Assembly (NCBI RefSeq): GCF_052425735.1
Contig: NC_135766.1
Span: forward strand, 26,226,001 to 26,290,000
Direction of reading: 5' to 3'
DNA: 64,000 bases
Origin: Oculina patagonica
Lineage: Eukaryota
Every line of letters begins with the position of its first letter. Within the stretch, counting starts at the first letter, position 1. Shown here piece by piece: positions 22,689 through 34,066 of the stretch. The position numbers and the translations under genes were made by a program. Below the pieces are notes generated by a model. The model did no database searches. It was not told where the DNA came from and saw only the letters and a list, made by a program, of their open reading frames with translations.

Positions 22689-25600
22689 ATGGCGGTGAGT
22701 GTCTTCTGTTTGAGAAGTAAAAGCAATCCGTTTACATCGTCCTTTAATTTTTCTAAGACTAGATCAAAGTAAATATTTTCAGTCGCGTAATTATTTTTCT
22801 TTCCATCCAGCCAAATATGTGGGCTTTAGTTTTGTTATTCAGCTTTATACGAGGTATAGTTCAAGAGATAGTTTTTATTCCAATCTTTTTGTATCGTTTC
22901 TCGGTCTTTAAATCCACAAGGTTCTTGTAGACCAACAGAAAATATATTTTTTCTTTTATGATTAAAGTAGTTACTTTATTAATCGCGCTCCTCACTGTTG
23001 CTTATGAACTTTAAAATGTTTCACCGAGATTTCTTATGGCCGGTATCTACGCTTAGCTCATTGAATCAAATAATAAATAGTTAGTTATTTCCCATGTGCC
23101 ATGTGCGTTGTTGTTTGAAATACACTACAAGTATTGAGTATGTCCAGGTTCTCATTTGTGGTGTCAATGCTATAAACCAATCAATGCACTGCAAATAAAC
23201 TTTATTGTGTTAAAAAAAATTACTGATGACTCATAATAATTTTTTTTTGAACTCTAAATTATGATGTTAGTTGCATTATTTATAACTGGACAATGGCAAA
23301 GTACAATTTTAAATTGTCTTTTTCCATCGTTCTCTTATAAATACATGGATGACAAATTGTGATAAAAACAAAATATAAAGATAGCAGTACAATTAATATC
23401 CCTTTGTGAAACTACAACTTGAACATCAACAAGAATTTTTTTTGGTTTAACTTTGGTTTGGGTTTTTTTTTTTGGGAGGGGTGGGGGTTGCTTTAATCCT
23501 GCATTTTTGGATTTGATTTGTACATCCTTTTAAACCTCCCTATCACTTTAAATCCAGAGTACACGCTGGGGCTGCTGGGAGGTGTGTTGGCCTAATGGTT
23601 TGTGCGCCGGACTCCGGATCGAGTGGTCCAGGTTCGAGCCCTGGCTGGGGTCACTGTGTTGTGTTCTTGGGCAAGACACTTTACTCTCTGCCTCTAGGTG
23701 TATAAATGTGTACCGGCGAAATAATGCTGCGGGGTACCCTGCGATGGACTATCAACCCATTCAGGGGAGAAAAGAAATATTCCTAGCTGCTTAATGCTAC
23801 AGAAACCGGGATAAGCACCCGCAGTATGGGCTGCTTGGCTTGAGGCTTCCCTTTAATCGCTTTATTCTACTGAACCCGGGATAAGCTCCAGTCTGATGGG
23901 CCACTAGGCTCGAATGCAGACTTTACCTACCTACCTACTCCATGGGGTTAGTGGCCGTCATGATTTATAAAAGTGTGAAACTAATAATTTTTTTTGGTTC
24001 ACTTTAGGCTAAGGCCAAACAAAATCCCATGAAGGATCTACAAATCAGGAAGTTATGCCTGAACATCTGTGTTGGAGAGAGCGGCGACAGACTGACTCGT
24101 GCTGCCAAGGTTCTTGAACAGCTGACTGGGCAACAGCCAGTGTACTCCAAAGGTATTCCTTTTTCTGCAATCTAGGTTGCACTGTTTTTTAAAAACTATT
24201 TAACTGGTTTGAAATTAAAAGAGGGAGGCAGTGTGGACACATGGTTAGAGGGCTGGGCTCCAAATCCAGAGGTCGCAGGTTTGAATCCCATTCTGACCGC
24301 TAGCGATGTTGTTCACAGCAGTCTCGAGTTCAACTCCTCTGCTAGGGATGTAAATAGCCAACTGGTCTGCCTCCTGCCAGTTGGGATTTTTAACCATGTT
24401 ATGTTCATTTAAAATATTTTTTTCAGCTCTTATTACAATTTGCCCTAAAAGGCCCACTTGGGAAGTGGCCAATTATAATAAGTACCCTGTATTTCATTGA
24501 ATCATCACTCGCTGGTGGCCATTATGCCTGGTCTTGTAAATTCAAAAATGCACATCTCAATAATTTTAAGATGTTCTTTTACAGTAGTTGCTTAAATTAC
24601 TGGTATTGATAGACAACAATATTTTCATTTCAGCTCGTTACACAGTGAGGTCCTTTGGAATTCGAAGAAATGAAAAAATTGCCGTTCACTGCACTGTGCG
24701 TGGTCCCAAGGCTGAAGAAATCTTGGAGAAGGGCTTAAAAGTAAAGGAGTACGAGTTGCACAAAGAGAATTTCTCAGCCACAGGTTAGACTTAGGCAAAG
24801 TCACTGTTAAAATAAAGCGCAGCATGTAGTTTGCATGGTTAGTCACTAGGTACCGATAAAGGTATTATGGACTGTATGGTAAAAAGTTGACCCTGCAGCT
24901 AGCAAATGTTTGTTATAAACTTGATGTTGCTGAATATTTTTTGTAAAAGATCCTGATTGCCTGTAGATCTTGCTTGTAAAGCTCTTGCTTCCAAACTAAA
25001 CCAGCGTCCATATCTCAGGGCTGCAAATAATTTTTTTCACTTGAAAGGACATATGTCCTACTAAGACACCATCTTGGTCGGACAAAACAAAATTGTGGTC
25101 GGCCATCACCAAAAACAAAAGGTTGAATTTCATTCATTGTTGCCGTTAAATAATTAACAATCCAAAAATTGTCTGGACATCATGTCCGACCACACTTGGA
25201 ATTTTGTCAGACATGAGCAAATTTTGGTCCGCCAATGTCCGATGACCGACTGTTTTTGCAGCCCTGATATTTGAAGCAACCAGGAGTACCACTTGGTCAC
25301 CTTGCTGGAACACTGGTCCTTGGCTTCAGTAGCTATCCTTCAGCATTTTTAGAATCGTGCTCATACATTTATTCACCTAAGAGAGAGCTACTGTGCAGTC
25401 CTCAAGCTGGACCAGTCAAAACACTAGTACACTAACCTCTCTTTAGATTACTGTGCCTCAGCAAGTCTGTCACAATAATTGTTATTCATTCGAAAGCTGA
25501 CATTGTGACAGTTCAGATCTCTAGTTCTTTTCAGTCAAAGACTTCATATTCAGGCTCTAACTTCCTTTTTGTATTAGTTTACTGTGGAACCCAGGAAAAA

Positions 25601-26385
25601 GAACTCCTGAATTTTTTATTTTCAATATATTTTTTCATTAATACAGACATGTATTTATTGTTTCAGGAAACTTTGGTTTTGGAATCCAGGAACATATTGA
25701 TCTTGGTATCAAGTATGACCCAACTATTGGTATTTATGGCATGGATTTCTACGTGGTTCTTGGCCGCCCAGGGTTTAATGTAGCAAAGAGAAGAAGAGCC
25801 AAAGCTCATGTGGGTGCCCCTCATAAAATATCTAAGGACGAATCCATGAAATGGTTCCAACAGAAGGTAACAGACAAATAATAGATTCTTATACTTTGCA
25901 TAATCTGGGCAAATGCTGTTGTTTTTTTGTAGGAATCTCATTGCTAATAATCAATTGACTCAATTGGGGGTGCAGCTAATATCCAGTAGTGAGGAAGAAT
26001 TGACTCTGAATTTTTATTTTGAATTGGGAGACTGAATGGGACATCTGAATCAACAAGAAAGGGAAATGACATGTTTTCCCTGTCTTACTTTAAAAGTTGC
26101 ATCATTTTAGCTTTGCAACATACCGCTATTTTTGAAGCTTGTGTTGTGAACTTTTGCATTAGAATCAACAAACTAACATACTCATTTGGCAGTTTTTGTA
26201 TTGCTTGAGAATGCAGACGTACATACAAATCTTTAGTGTGGATACCTCATTATGACTAGAGTGCAATTTACAAAGGTTCTTCTTCTATAAATATATATAC
26301 ATGTCTTTGATGTAAAACTTTTGTTGATTTGGTGTTTTCCTTTGTTTTTCAGTTTGATGGAATCCTCCTTGCAAAGAAGAAGTAA
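22689..26385 (+). CDS. RPL11: 60S ribosomal protein L11 (uL5), 5 coding exons, 177 aa
   Basis: Exons 22689-22694, 24008-24152, 24634-24783, 25667-25866, 26353-26385. Motifs [85 protein letters not shown] at 26402. Confidence 0.97.
23577..23938 (+). mobile_element. tRNA-derived SINE
   Basis: A box TGGCCTAATGG, B box GGTTCGAGCCC, core GTGTTCTTGGGCAAGACACTT, (CCTA)n tail; same family on the minus strand at about 49803-50095 and 41556-41730. Confidence 0.8.
24222..24410 (+). mobile_element. tRNA-derived SINE, second family
   Basis: tRNA-like head GGGAGGCAGTGTGG...TGGTTAG...GGTTTGAATCC. Confidence 0.6.
25016..25266. mobile_element. hAT-like MITE
   Basis: TIR CAGGGCTGCAAA/TTTGCAGCCCTG; internal GTCGGACA-type repeats; imperfect flanking duplication atatct/atattt. 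Confidence 0.6.
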
Positions 26386-26872
26386 AAGTCCTGAAATGTA
26401 CAATAAACAAACAGAAACGAAAATGAGAGTGTTGTGTAATAGCTTAATACTGTTGTCCAGGAAGATCGTAACTAGTCTCCACACAGCCTTATTTTGGTCG
26501 TCATGCAACGCTTCCGCTTTGTGGGAAGAAGTGTGGCGTGACCACCTAAATAATGGCCGCGACGGAGACTAAGTCGTAACCTGTTACACCATAGCTAGTC
26601 GATATTGGAGTGCCCGCCAAAAAGCGCCTGTGATTACGAAATCGGCCTAGCGCGTGACTTCAAAATTACTCGCCCGATTACACCCTGAACTGTACTCCAC
26701 TCGGTCCAATTTATTACCATTACCTTTTAAGTCGTTCCACAAAGGCACCTGTCAGGAAATGTTATTCGAAGCAAATTCATGAGTGAAAATGCCCCGTTGA
26801 TAACGTGATAACCAGTAGAAACATCAATGGAAAAGCGTTCATACCGTTGTTAGTGGAACGTCACATAGAGAA

Positions 26873-27100
26873 AAAATAATAAGTCGCTGTGCAGCACTTT
26901 GTTCATGTACTATAAAATGTTTTTTTTTTCTTAAAAAGTGCTGTAATGTTTCGTTTTGCGAAACGTTTCGGGAATAACCCCTTTATCAGTCGCAAAGTTA
27001 AAACCGTTGAACTTTGCGACTGATGAAGGGGTTATTCCCGAAACGTTTCGCAAAACGAAACAACATTACAGCACTTTTTAAAAAAAAAACATTTTATAGT
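26873..27100. mobile_element. Penelope-like inverted pLTR pair (about 195-bp palindrome) carrying two hammerhead motifs
   Basis: Palindrome 26907-27102; flanking direct repeat acgtcacat(t)agagaa at 26858-26872 and 27101-27116. Confidence 0.7.
27013..27054 (+). ncRNA. Minimal type I hammerhead ribozyme with intact core
   Basis: Stem I TTTGCGA/TCGCAAA, CTGATGA, stem II GGG..CCC, GAAA, palindromic AACGTT stem III. The mirror copy at 26955-26996 (-) has CTGATAA. Confidence 0.7.
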
Positions 27101-27711
27101 ACGTCACATTAGAGAACCTGCTTTCTGCGTTCTTGCATTCTCATTACGCAACGACAGAGAAAGTAAAGGGAAGAAAATTGACCAGATCACAGGTTGGAAT
27201 TAGTGCGGTCACACATTCTCTTCCTTCCCAAGGGGCTTAAAACAAGCTCGCTCCCAAGACTTTTTCTTACGCGGTTGCACCTGGATTTAATAATTATCAC
27301 CAAAGAGTAAAAAAGTCAATGTACTTTATTTGTATTCAGTATTTTATACACACGGGTTGAAAACTACACGTTTTTATAGTTACGTTTGTTGTATAATTAT
27401 ATTTATATCTTCACACACGTCTCATACACACTTTGTAGACGATCTCGTCCCCATCGCCCGCTTTACTTTGGGTCAGCACCAATAGGCCTAAGGCATGATA
27501 GCGTCATAAGCTCAAAATTCACCACCAAGCCGCGTTTACGCAAATTATTCGCAACCTTTCGCCACCTTCATGCAGTTTTCACGTTGCCTTGGGAATTCGT
27601 TCATGATAATATTTATAATTTTGCACTTTGAAAGCGAGGCTTGGTGGTGAACAAGCCAGGTTGACGTAAACATGATAACGCTGGATTTCCACTGCGCGTT
27701 TTTTTTTTTTT

Positions 27712-27755
<44 letters not shown>

Positions 27756-27933
27756 CCATAAGGGCTATTGCAAGAACACGCTCTGGTCAAGGTCGATTTT
27801 TTGGAGAATGCTCATTTTAGATTGTCAACCAGTCAGATTTGAGCATAGACTTTCAATAAAGCTCGTGAGGTCGACTTGTAGCAAGTCTAATTTGAGCATA
27901 AACGACCGAAGTCCGTGAATCGCGGACTGACCC

Positions 27934-27988
<55 letters not shown>

Positions 27989-28664
27989 CCCCCACCCCCC
28001 CCCCCAAACCCCCGCCCATACACATCGGACTTGGTCAGAGTCCGCGTTCTTGGAAAGCGGGCTCTGGGTACAGATTGACTTTGTCCAGCCTCGTGTCCAT
28101 ACCCTGTCGATTTTATAATTTGAGGCTGTTTTCTTCACACTTGTTGCAAATATATATATTCTATTTAATTACAGCTCCATGTTCTACATGTAGGTTATAC
28201 CATCACTATTGATTCTTTTTAGTAAAATACTGTTTTCTTTGACGAGCATCAGGTTACGCCATTTTAGGCATTACTGTTACTTACAGACAGCCTGGTAAAA
28301 ATTGGAACAGATCGAGAGAAAGTAAACCATTTTAGAACTATTAGGTTGCGCGGGAGGAGGGAAAGAAACGTTCTTAGTTCAGTTTGCCCAAAACGGCTTG
28401 ACCAAGCTCCATTAGTGTAGGTTGTAATATTCTCTAAGTTTCGAGGCAATATGCTAGCAGATATCGATAAATGACCATCTACTCCTTCTACATGACGGTA
28501 TTTTTTAACCGACAACTACAAGCTACTTCAGAACAGTCTCCCTGCTTTAAACATCAAGGTTCTATTTGAACATGTAAACCGGCCGACAAAATGATCTTTT
28601 TTCTGTAAGTTGTCAACCGTCAACTCCCATTCTCAATTAATCATTTCTTTCCAGACTGTCCAGT

Positions 28665-31600
28665 TTATTCCGCAGTGCTCAGTTCACCCAGGAGAGGTTT
28701 AAGCGCCTTGTTCGATCCTTTAGATGTTCCCATGTAAGACATGATAGCTTTCTTGACGTGATACCGTGACTGCTCTGGTAACACCTTGAGTTCCGTCAGG
28801 TTCATTCGCTGCCAGTCATTCATTGTTCGAGTGTGGTCGTCTTTCATTCTTTTCTGCGCTTTGGTCTCCTTGAGACGATTCATTTCGCTTCTGAGGAAGC
28901 AAAACACGAGGGACAATTATAACTGATATCGTACTGGGAGCCCTGGTACCTACTGGAACGGAATTGCTCCCCTTCGCCTATTGGTCAGCTACGATTTTTA
29001 ATAATGTTTATCACCGCTGTTTGTTTTATATTTCAATCAAGTTAGATGGCCTAGAGTCTATATGGAACGGATCATTTTGCGAGATAAGGTTAAAGTTTCC
29101 TCCTCCTCCCCTCCCCCTCACGACAAACTTTGAGTTTCTACAATCAATGACGTCACCTCCGCGATTTTTTGAGCAGGGCGGAACAGCTGTACACAGGCTA
29201 CAATCACTCAAATAATTAAGCTAATGTTTAGTTAGTGCTGTTTGTTTGAGTGTTTCCCCAATCCAGAATAAATATGCTTATAAAACGGTCAAATCTGTAC
29301 TTTGAAAAGGAAGGAGAGGAGAAGGGGTTATTCGTGAATAATGAAATGATATTTTCTTCCGGGTTTTCTTTATGCAGTGGATCGTTTGGCCCCCAAGCAA
29401 GGCAGAGACAATCTTACCTGAATGGCTGTACATGTGAATAGTTCATGTTAAAATGTTGATATTCTTTTTGTTGGAATCTTGGATATTTTACTTTTGGTAT
29501 CGGAGGGAGCCTGGTGCTTCCCTTGCTGCTGTCTTTGCCAGACACGTTCTTGCTCCTAGAGTGCGGCGAGAAAAAAACGCATTTATAAGAATAAACTTGA
29601 TAGCTTAGTAAGCTCACGAATGTTTTATTTCACGGAATCACTAAGTTGTAACCATCTGAATGTCTTATACTAGAGCAATTTTTGATTGAGTGTCGTAAAT
29701 CCAAACACAAAGTAATTTAAAAAATGTAAGTATTGACTCTGGCCAATCATTATCGACACAGATAATCAAGTAAACCAATAGGAACTCGAAGGTAAATAGA
29801 TGTAACAGTAAAAAACAGGAAAGACAGTGAGTCAAGATTTAGCCTCCCACGCAGTCGTTCTTAGGGGCGATCGTGTTTCGTGGGGAGGAGTGAAACACGA
29901 TGGCCCCAAAGAACGACTGCGTGGGAGGCTAGTCAAGATTGGTCTTGGTTTTACTTCTGATTGGTCGAGAAAGTGTAAGGCGCGAGTGTTTTAAACCATA
30001 CATAAACAGCCAGTCACTAAGGAAAGTAAAGCAAAACCAAATTAAGCGCAAACGTACGAATGACTTTCGGCAATCGGTGAAAATCAATAAGTTTATTTTC
30101 CAAAAAGGATACATACCAAATTTGAGGCTTATAGAAACAGCGGGGTATTACTGAGTCAAATTTAGGGCCTGGGAAACTAAAAAAAAAAAAAAAGTAAAAA
30201 GACAAATTGTTAGTAAGATTTCATTTGCAGTAAAGTAACACACAGTAACTTAAGACATGATATGAGGAATCGACACTTGACAAGAAGACATCCCAATGTC
30301 ACTTACTGATCCATTCTCCAGGATTCATCAGGATCTAATGGTTAAAAACAAAAAAGAGTAACTGTTATTATAAAGTTGTTCATGCATTATTATGATATCA
30401 ATTGCAAAATGACGGGCTTCAAAACTTGCGTTACGTCAAAAAGTTCCTAGCCGTGATGAACCTCCTAGCTCACACAGCCTGCAGTCATAGTTTAACTATG
30501 CTGAGTTGAGGCGTTCTTGGCAAGAACACGTGTATCGCATCAGTCGCTCTTCTCAATTCTTCAAGGAACACTGCAGTTATTGTAGATCTAACTGTTGTTT
30601 CTGGAATGTTCTGACTGCCATACTCTAGTCTAAAATTTTGCAAGAATAAGCGGCGCACTGTTGAGACTTCATTGCTTCGATTTTAGTTTGTCATCTTGCT
30701 GTCAGCCTCAATATTCTGTAGTGATATACTAACCTACAAGCCTGAGAGACGTGGCTCTTGTACCCCACCCTGGACGGGGAACATAATCTACCTGCAAATA
30801 ATAGAAAAGCAAAAAAATCTCATTACAGCGCTAAGATAAAGTACCTACGTGTCAACTTTGTTTTCAGCCTTAACAGAGTTCTTTAATTGGTTCACGAATC
30901 TCTTGCTTCTAAACCAATCAGACAAAAGATGTTACCTTCTTAGCCAATCAAAGGCAAACTTGACGTTTGCGCGCTTGCAAGGAATGTCTTTGCTCCGATT
31001 TTTGAGCTTTCTGTGACAACACCTTGCCAGGAGTCTTGGGATTTGCTTACTTAAATTCTTACAATAATCCGATATGAATAAACAAGGAACTGATCGTTTA
31101 TATCAATTTGTACTAAAATTGATAGTGTAAATTATCGCTGTTTTAGATTTAGTTGATAATTTTAAAAATTATTCCTTCTTCCGGGCAAAAAGGATTTTCT
31201 TTTACAAGGTGTTAACGATCGAAACGTCAGCTGACAGCGAAGACGTACACCTGATGGTCACATGAGTAAAGCTAAGATACAGTACTTATTACCTACCTGG
31301 TCATTTATCATGTAATTTACAATGTAAGTGTTGTAGTAAGGTGACAGGTCATTAAAAATATCCGGAGTGTACGGCTTCCTAAAAAAATTAAAAACGACAA
31401 CAAAATTACTACAAAATACTCTTGTTTGATTGCGGGTGTCTATATGATAAAGTTAACGTGCAAAAAGGAACCACATTATACCGAAATTTCAGTTACACTG
31501 AAATGATGATGATAAGTAAATAAAGGGACTAAAAATGTTTAATAAATTAACACTGAAAATATCAGGCCAAAACTATAGGTACATGAATAACGGAAGTGTT

Positions 31601-32657
31601 TAGAACACTTTTATCTCCAAACCCTCTAGTCTTTTAGCAATACATTTGACTAGTTCATCGACGTTATCACTCACACTTCAGGTTTGCTAACAAGTGTACT
31701 GTTGTCCACCATTTCTTTTTTGACACGTTGTAGTTCACATAGCATCTGAGAGCGCATGCGATTTTCTTCTTTTTCAGTTTCTCTGGGCCCAGATTCTTCT
31801 TCTTCTTCGGGAGCAGCTTTTACCTCTAGAGAAAAAAGGCAACGAAAATGTTTTAGAATGTCATGTCCCACTTTCAAACGAGTTTTTTTGTAGGTAAATA
31901 TATAAGTAAAGCTATAAGTTTTGCGAGGATCGGGGTGAAGCGGCGAGACGATGAGGACCACGCTTTGATTACTGTATGATCGCGCATTGCACACTGCTTA
32001 ATCACTTTTTTCTTTGTAACTAATAAAGTGAACTTTGACTATTGGTTGCGTTGTGAAGAACGGTCTCCAATTTTTTTAGACAGTATTTCAGGGCTTGACG
32101 TTGACAGCATTTAATTTCATTTTTTTAGAACATTATTCAGGCTGTCAATTTTACTTTAAAACTGTAAAGCAATTGAAGTACACAAGAGAGAAGAAAAATG
32201 CCCAAATACAGGCGAACGCAAACAGGCGAAAACTATCATAGAAATTACACCCTGGCACAAGTCTTTTTTTCACACTTGTATGAATTCACGAGTTTCTTTT
32301 AGTTTTATTTTCTTGCAAAGGAAAGCTTTAATATTAGCTAAAACAGTTATTGTTTGTTCTGTGAATCGCCGACAAAGAACTTCTAATTTGTGCACGTTCT
32401 ACGGGAATTGGAGTGCTTGATCACCAGAGTCACGGGAAAAGTTGAACTAATGTATTTTGTTGACAATAGTGAAAACTTTGCGGATGTTGTTTCTGTTGGC
32501 AAGAAGCTGTGCAGCGCTTTTATTAGCTAGATATGTTTAACAAGTCCATGAATGTAAACATTTATCAATTATCGTATAACTACTGATTGTGGACACATTA
32601 AACTCTCATTACAGATCTGAACATGCCTTTACCTTGTTGAGTCTCTTCTTCGGCCAT
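28665..32657 (-). CDS. Uncharacterised protein, paralog B, 7 exons, about 235 aa (candidate ciliary gene)
   Basis: Exons 32657-32633, 31825-31675, 31378-31297, 30791-30734, 30334-30307, 29555-29418, 28890-28665; phase-consistent GT-AG; exon-by-exon homology to paralog A. Confidence 0.85.
29671..30085. mobile_element. TAGAGC-family MITE (degenerate) with a nested insertion
   Basis: Homologous to 35471-35755. Confidence 0.6.
29840..29931. mobile_element. 92-bp hairpin MITE, TAG..CTA termini, 9-bp TSD (AcademH-like)
   Basis: TAGCCTCCCACGCAGTCGTTCTT...AAGAACGACTGCGTGGGAGGCTA; exact TSD GTCAAGATT. Confidence 0.85.
30486..30500. mobile_element. Putative P-type excision footprint (15 bp)
   Basis: CATAGTT+TAACTATG; degenerate TSD ctgcagt/ctg-agt. 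Confidence 0.45.
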
Positions 32658-32953
32658 TTCTGATTGTAGCTGGAAGAACTACTTCGGCGTCCTACGAAGA
32701 AATAACTTTGTTTGAGCTAAAAGCGTTCTTTGCCAAACAGCCCTTTGTTGCAGTATCAATTTCAATGTAAACTAGCGAAGGACTTGTGTTATTTGTTTGG
32801 ACTGAAAAGCGAAAACATATCTCTTAAAACTTATAGTTATTTGAACATCAGTACTTACCCAAACTAAAGCAAATAACAAAAAACTTTCGCAGGGATCTTG
32901 CGTTTGTGTAAAAAAGTTTGTCAAGTCACTAAGCTTGTGCGGAATATTGCTTG

Positions 32954-32967
32954 GTTTCTATGGAGAT
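32954..32967 (-). promoter_or_regulatory. RFX X-box upstream of paralog B
   Basis: ATCTCCATAGAAAC (minus strand) fits RTHNYYWTRRNRAC; about 300 bp upstream of the ATG and about 100 bp upstream of a putative 5'UTR donor at 32859. Confidence 0.5.
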
Positions 32968-33210
32968 TACAGTACGGACTGGTCCCTTGGCGCTGTTACA
33001 GTAATTATGAGGGAATATTTGCATATCTATCGAAAAGTGATTAAGTATGCAAACAATAGAGAAGTGTGCTTACACTTTTGTTTAACCGCAAACACGTTTT
33101 ATTTATCTTTGAAAGCGAATACCTGTATCATTTCATTTTGAACTTAAATCAATCGCAGTTCGCAATTTTTTCACAAAAAAAAACATAACGCGAAATTAGC
33201 TGCATGGGAG

Positions 33211-33230
33211 CATAGTTACCACTAACTATG
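33211..33230. mobile_element. Putative P-type excision footprint (20 bp)
   Basis: CATAGTTA-CC-ACTAACTATG flanked by exact 7-bp TSD ATGGGAG. Confidence 0.7.
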
Positions 33231-34066
33231 ATGGGAGTCGTTTTCAGTTATAATTCCAAGCACGTGATTTCTCTCTAGCATTCAGTCAAATACTTTCTAA
33301 AAAATCGAGGGGCAAATCTATAACGAACTGAAAATGGGTCGCAGACTTCCCAAACCATGTACAAACATCATTTTGTTCAGTAAGATCTTTTCTCAAGTCT
33401 GCTTAGGATGTGAATAGTCCAATTGTGCGCCAGTTTCCAAAATGGCGAAAAAAAAAACGAACTGACAAAAACGCAAACTGGCCAATTTGAAAGAGTAGAA
33501 AATGTTTGCTACGTTTCGCAAACTTTTTAATAGAGAAAAAAGAAACAATTTGAATTCACAGCCAAGTCAAAAACACCAGAAACAAAAATAAAACTCACTC
33601 AAACATCACTCTTTATTAACACCTCTGAACTATATGATACAGTTGCACGTTCAATATCTGCCTAACTACACCTATTTACACTTACATGAAAAAATAAAAT
33701 TAAAAGAAAATCTTTCTAACTTTAATGCAATCTGCATTTAATTTTAAATTTCTTTGTTTTTTAAAAAAACTATTAATGTCAAACGCAATGTGTTTAAAAT
33801 TTTGTGTAAAATGAATTGAATTTTCTTGGTAAATGGCTGGAACAAACACTCCTTTCAGTCCGGGAACAAGCGCCTAGTGAAGCATTCAAAGGGTTTCCGA
33901 TTCTTGTTGTCCAATCACAAAACAATAGCACGACAGCATCACGTTGCGTAGCAACCTCTCTGACCAAAAACGCGGGCTCACTCATTTCTTCGACCATAAA
34001 GGTGCTTATTCTGCTGGCTGTTCTAATCATAATGAAAGTGAATTTCAACACGCAATTTGACAAACT

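Noticed and set aside
23577-23650. tRNA gene
   Set aside because: A and B boxes continue into a SINE body and simple-repeat tail; no acceptor stem or Pol III terminator.
27698-28130. Long poly-T/poly-C runs and the poly-Lys ORF
   Set aside because: Homopolymers with scrambled flanks, probably low-quality sequence; the same applies to 50800-50900.
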